From the NCBI GenBank assembly GCA_001949185.1, contig BDGG01000007.1, positions 2,190,730 to 2,254,729 of the forward strand: DNA of 64,000 nucleotides, written 5' to 3'. This DNA comes from Ramazzottius varieornatus. Its lineage: Eukaryota > Animalia > Tardigrada. The notes under the pieces are model-generated. The model saw only the letters and a list, made by a program, of their open reading frames with translations, searched no databases and was not told the origin of the DNA. A program made the translations under genes and the position numbers. Positions 63,729 through 64,000 of the stretch are shown in pieces (the first letter of the stretch is position 1; each line of letters starts with the position of its first letter).

Positions 63729-64000
63729 TTAAGCGTCAAGAACTTCGCCATCAGGAATACCAAAATCAGGGAAGAAAGCCGGACAAGGTAAGCAAGTGAT
63801 CATGTATCCTCCTCGCATCTGGGGGGTGGCTCCTTCCAAGTTACATCCGTGAGGTTCCTCGCAGACGGGGACGGTGGCGTTAGGCGGACAGGCCCATGGA
63901 GCAAAGCTGTTGATACTGGAGAGCGGCGTAGGATTTTGCATCCAGGCAATAATTTGCGAGGTGGTGACAAAGTAGACGTCCCGATGGGCAGCCAGCGTGC
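63729..64000 (-). CDS. 3' end of a fourth chitin deacetylase gene, continuing beyond the window
   Basis: DVYFVTTSQIIAWMQNPTPLSSINSFAPWAC...C...C...TCLPCPAFFP matches the C-termini of the three other CDAs here. Confidence 0.9.
   Translation of the reverse strand, partial: TLAAHRDVYFVTTSQIIAWMQNPTPLSSINSFAPWACPPNATVPVCEEPHGCNLEGATPQMRGGYMITCLPCPAFFPDFGIPDGEVLDA

Noticed and set aside
1-64000. tRNA, rRNA, CRISPR arrays, prokaryotic operons or horizontally transferred bacterial genes
   Set aside because: None seen. Identified genes are animal-type, mostly with spliceosomal introns, and most listed short ORFs are antisense or off-frame shadows of real exons.

Overview
Eukaryotic, intron-rich animal DNA with short GT-AG introns, most likely the tardigrade Ramazzottius varieornatus. 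The spliced gene at 11040-12174 gives a 231-aa protein with G63, D92, D98, D161, D163 and L231, matching what I recall for g12777/AMNP (anhydrobiosis-related Mn-dependent peroxidase). I assembled gene models by hand from splice sites and checked exon phases, except where noted. In order, the window holds: a secreted non-catalytic serine-protease homolog; three AMNP-family genes (four domains) with a dermatopontin-like three-repeat gene in between; a short F-box-like gene; head-to-head mRpL27 and ERAL1; two paralogous secreted proteins with a shared Tyr/Gly/Pro tail, separated by a 242-bp-arm foldback; an intronless TEX9-like gene; a peptide-type GPCR; a BTB gene; and four chitin deacetylase genes (one giant-linker, one group-I, one catalytically dead, one truncated by the window end). 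Non-coding DNA carries several hAT-like MITEs and about 10 copies of a ~49-bp fixed-spacing palindrome, many in introns. The main novelty candidates are the two-domain AMNP chimera lacking most Mn ligands, a possible Notch-ligand C2 origin of the AMNP fold, and the 49-bp palindrome family. No database searches were run.
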